Part shown: in pieces, positions 61,975 through 64,000 of the stretch
Position numbering within the stretch: position 1 is the stretch's first letter
Layout of the letters: each line of letters starts with the position of its first letter
Source: an uncultured Solirubrobacteraceae bacterium
Lineage (GTDB): Bacteria > Actinomycetota > Thermoleophilia > Solirubrobacterales > Solirubrobacteraceae
Direction of reading: 5' to 3'
Assembly: GCA_963844205.1 (NCBI GenBank)
Contig: CAWJNK010000017.1
Coordinates: 31,603 to 95,602, forward strand
DNA: 64,000 bases
Notes under the pieces: model-generated
Databases searched by the model: none
Told to the model about the DNA's origin: nothing
The model's input: the letters and a program-made list of their open reading frames with translations, nothing else
Program-made: the position numbers and the translations under genes

Positions 61975-63414
61975 ATGACAGACCCTCACTACGACCGCCG
62001 CTGGCTGATCCTCGCGGTCATCGGCATCGCCCAGCTCCTCGTGGTCCTCGACGTCACGATCGTCAACATCGCTCTCCCCTCAGCGCAGCAGGATCTCGGG
62101 TTCTCCGACGACCAGCGCCAGTGGGTGATCACCGCATACGCGCTGGCGTTCGGCAGCCTGCTGCTGCTCGGCGGCCGCATCGCGGACCTGTTCGGGCGCA
62201 AATGGACGTTCCTCGCCGGCTTGATCGGCTTCGCCGGGGCGTCCGCGCTCGGCGGTGCAGCCCAGAGCTTCGGGCTGCTCGTCGGCGCTCGCGCGCTGCA
62301 GGGCGCGTTCGGCGCGATGCTCGCTCCCGCCGCGCTGTCGCTGCTCGCCACCACGTTCACGGACCCGGCCGAGCGCGGCAAGGCGTTCGGCGTCTACGGC
62401 GCGATCGCCGGCGCCGGCGGCGCGTTCGGGCTCCTGCTCGGCGGCGCCCTGACCGAGGTACTCGACTGGCGCTGGTGCCTGTACGTGTCGATCCTGTTCG
62501 CGGTGCCCGCAGCGCTCGCGGGCCTGCGGCTCCTGCACCACACGCCCGCGCCGGAACGCCCGCGGCTCGACATCCCCGGCACGGTCGTCGTCTCCTCCGG
62601 CCTGTTCGCGCTCGTGTTCGGCATGTCGCGCGCGCAGACCGACGGCTGGGGCGACCCCGTCACCCTCGCCTTCCTCGCCGCGAGCGCGATCCTGCTGGCC
62701 GGGTTCGTCGCGCTCGAGCGGCGGGTCGCCCATCCCCTCCTCCCGCTCCGTGTGGTGACCGACCGCAACCGCGGCGGCTCGTTCCTGGCCATCGCGACCG
62801 CGGGTGCCGGCATCTTCGGCGTCTTCCTGTTCCTGACGTTCTACCTCCAGAACACGAAGGGGCTGTCGCCGCTCGAGACCGGCCTTGCGTTCCTGCCCAT
62901 GAACGTGTCGATCGTGCTGACGGCCACCCTCGTGAACACGCGCGTGCTGGCGCGCACCGGCCCGCGGCCGCTGATCCCGACCGGGATGGTGCTCGCCGCG
63001 CTCGGGATGGTGCTGCTCACGCGGATCGGCGTCGACACGGGCTACGCCTCGCACGTGCTCCCGTCGCTGATCCTGATCGGGATCGGGTTCGGGCTGATCG
63101 TGGCGCCGTCGTTCGCGACGGCCACGCTCGGGGTCCCGCGCCGCGACAGCGGCGTCGCGTCGGCGATGGTCAACACGTCGCAGCAGGTCGGCGGCTCGAT
63201 CGGGACCGCGCTGCTGAGCACGCTCGCCGTGTCGGCCACGAGCGACTATGTGGCGCGCCACGGGCCGGGCACGCAGGCGGCGGTCGAGGGCTACGTCACC
63301 GCGTTCTGGTGGGCGGCCGCGATCTTCGCCGTCGGAGCAATGGTGACCGGCGCGCTGCTGCGCTCCGGCGTCCGCATCCCCGCACACGCCGCCCCTGAGC
63401 CGGTGGCGGCTTAG
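61975..63414 (+). CDS. MFS transporter, DHA2 (EmrB/QacA, 14-TMS) family
   Basis: ATG at 61975 (MTDPHYDRRWLILAV). It has LDVTIVNIALP and motif A GGRIADLFGRK. The ORF track start at 61948 lies inside the operator palindrome. Confidence 0.85.
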   Translation: MTDPHYDRRWLILAVIGIAQLLVVLDVTIVNIALPSAQQDLGFSDDQRQWVITAYALAFGSLLLLGGRIADLFGRKWTFLAGLIGFAGASALGGAAQSFGLLVGARALQGAFGAMLAPAALSLLATTFTDPAERGKAFGVYGAIAGAGGAFGLLLGGALTEVLDWRWCLYVSILFAVPAALAGLRLLHHTPAPERPRLDIPGTVVVSSGLFALVFGMSRAQTDGWGDPVTLAFLAASAILLAGFVALERRVAHPLLPLRVVTDRNRGGSFLAIATAGAGIFGVFLFLTFYLQNTKGLSPLETGLAFLPMNVSIVLTATLVNTRVLARTGPRPLIPTGMVLAALGMVLLTRIGVDTGYASHVLPSLILIGIGFGLIVAPSFATATLGVPRRDSGVASAMVNTSQQVGGSIGTALLSTLAVSATSDYVARHGPGTQAAVEGYVTAFWWAAAIFAVGAMVTGALLRSGVRIPAHAAPEPVAA

Positions 63415-63495
63415 TACACGCGGCCAGAATTTCGACGCATTCCGGCGGGCCCGGCCCGGGCGCGGGCCGGCCCAGGGCCGGCCCGCGTCGCCGCC

Positions 63496-64000
63496 CTACC
63501 GCGCGACGGTCGTCTCGGTTATCGCCGTGTTGTCCGACCGGTCGGGATCGGGCGCCGAACTGCCCACCGCGGCCGTGTTGGTGATCACGCCGCGCGCCCG
63601 CGGCGTCACCGTGATCGTGACCGTCGCGCCCGCGCCCGAGGCCAGCGTCCCAAGCGCGCAGTCGACCGTTCCGGCCGAGTGCGTGCAACCGGCGGACGCG
63701 CTCACGAACGTCACGTCGGCCGGGAGCGTGTCGACGACCCGCGTGCCGGGGGCCGCGCCCGGCCCGGCGTTGGCGACCTGCAGCGTATAGGTGAGCGGGG
63801 CGCGCACCGCGGCCGGATCGGGGGCGTCCGTCATGACGAGCGAGAGGTCCGCCGCCGGCCTGCGGTCGCTGACGTAGACGTCGTTGGCCGAGTTGGTGTC
63901 GCCGGCGAACAGGTTGTCGGCCTGCGTCCCCATCACGACCACGAGCCCGTCGGCGCTCACCGGCCCGGCGCCGACGTCGTCGTGGAAGCCGTCACGGGTG
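63496..64000 (-). CDS. 3' part of a larger secreted repeat protein (PD40/TolB-like strand followed by DUF11/CARDB-like domain); 5' end outside window
   Basis: The frame is open from 63999 down to the stop at 63496. It has …SADGLVVVMGTQADNLFAGDTNSANDVYVSD (PD40-style repeat), then PLTYTLQVANAGPGAAPGTRVVDTLPADVTFVSAS…ATVTITVTP (DUF11-style). Confidence 0.5.
   Translation of the reverse strand, partial: TRDGFHDDVGAGPVSADGLVVVMGTQADNLFAGDTNSANDVYVSDRRPAADLSLVMTDAPDPAAVRAPLTYTLQVANAGPGAAPGTRVVDTLPADVTFVSASAGCTHSAGTVDCALGTLASGAGATVTITVTPRARGVITNTAAVGSSAPDPDRSDNTAITETTVAR

Noticed and set aside
1-64000. Mobile genetic elements, prophage, toxin-antitoxin or defence islands
   Set aside because: I recognised no transposase, integrase, recombinase, phage structural gene, restriction-modification gene, nuclease/ATPase defence gene or TA-type gene in any confidently coding ORF. 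Only non-autonomous repeat elements were seen.

Overview
This is a very GC-rich, densely packed bacterial chromosomal segment. About 60 CDS lie on both strands, with many GTG/TTG starts and very short or absent 5' spacers. The gene content looks Actinomycetota-like: an F420-type LLM oxidoreductase, a ~1600-aa NAD-glutamate dehydrogenase, GTP-PEPCK, an ECF sigma/anti-sigma pair and a GlnA-like gamma-glutamylation cluster. The species cannot be determined from the sequence. Most genes are core metabolism and housekeeping. They include cysH and corA-like; ccr, an ethylmalonyl-CoA-mutase-like gene and meaB; mmsA; an nhaA-DsbA fusion; large gdh and pckG; a MaoC hydratase and two CitE-like CoA-ester lyases; a ROK regulator; an ECF sigma/anti-sigma pair; cation antiporters; an Fpg/Nei glycosylase; a three-domain peptidoglycan hydrolase; an HD-GYP protein; acyl-CoA dehydrogenase and synthetase genes; and a TetR-GMC oxidoreductase pair divergent from an MFS pump. 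There is also a GntR / C26 hydrolase / GlnA-like / ALDH / SDR / ethanolamine-permease cluster. I found no rRNA, tRNA, CRISPR array, transposase, integrase, phage gene or recognisable defence system, so I cannot point to a clear novel system. Six items deserve a second look. (1) A dispersed family of long palindromic elements shares one terminal motif at about 8.43-8.58 kb and 39.24-39.49 kb, and the second copy has that motif amplified as a 13-bp x5 tandem array. (2) A second family of GC-clamped palindromes occurs at 124-177 and as the outer arms of a structured intergenic element at 3467-3634. (3) The aldehyde dehydrogenase in the gamma-glutamylation cluster has an apparent +1 frameshift near 51677-51686. 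(4) A secreted SLT + degenerate-LytM + LAS/M15 wall hydrolase sits behind a structured leader. (5) A three-gene cluster is built around a signal-less 807-aa Asp-box propeller protein. (6) Two adjacent genes share a leader motif, an identical start and the same membrane-anchor architecture, one of them with perfect 33-bp coding repeats. All functional calls are by-eye motif recognition on the supplied translations; no database search was run.
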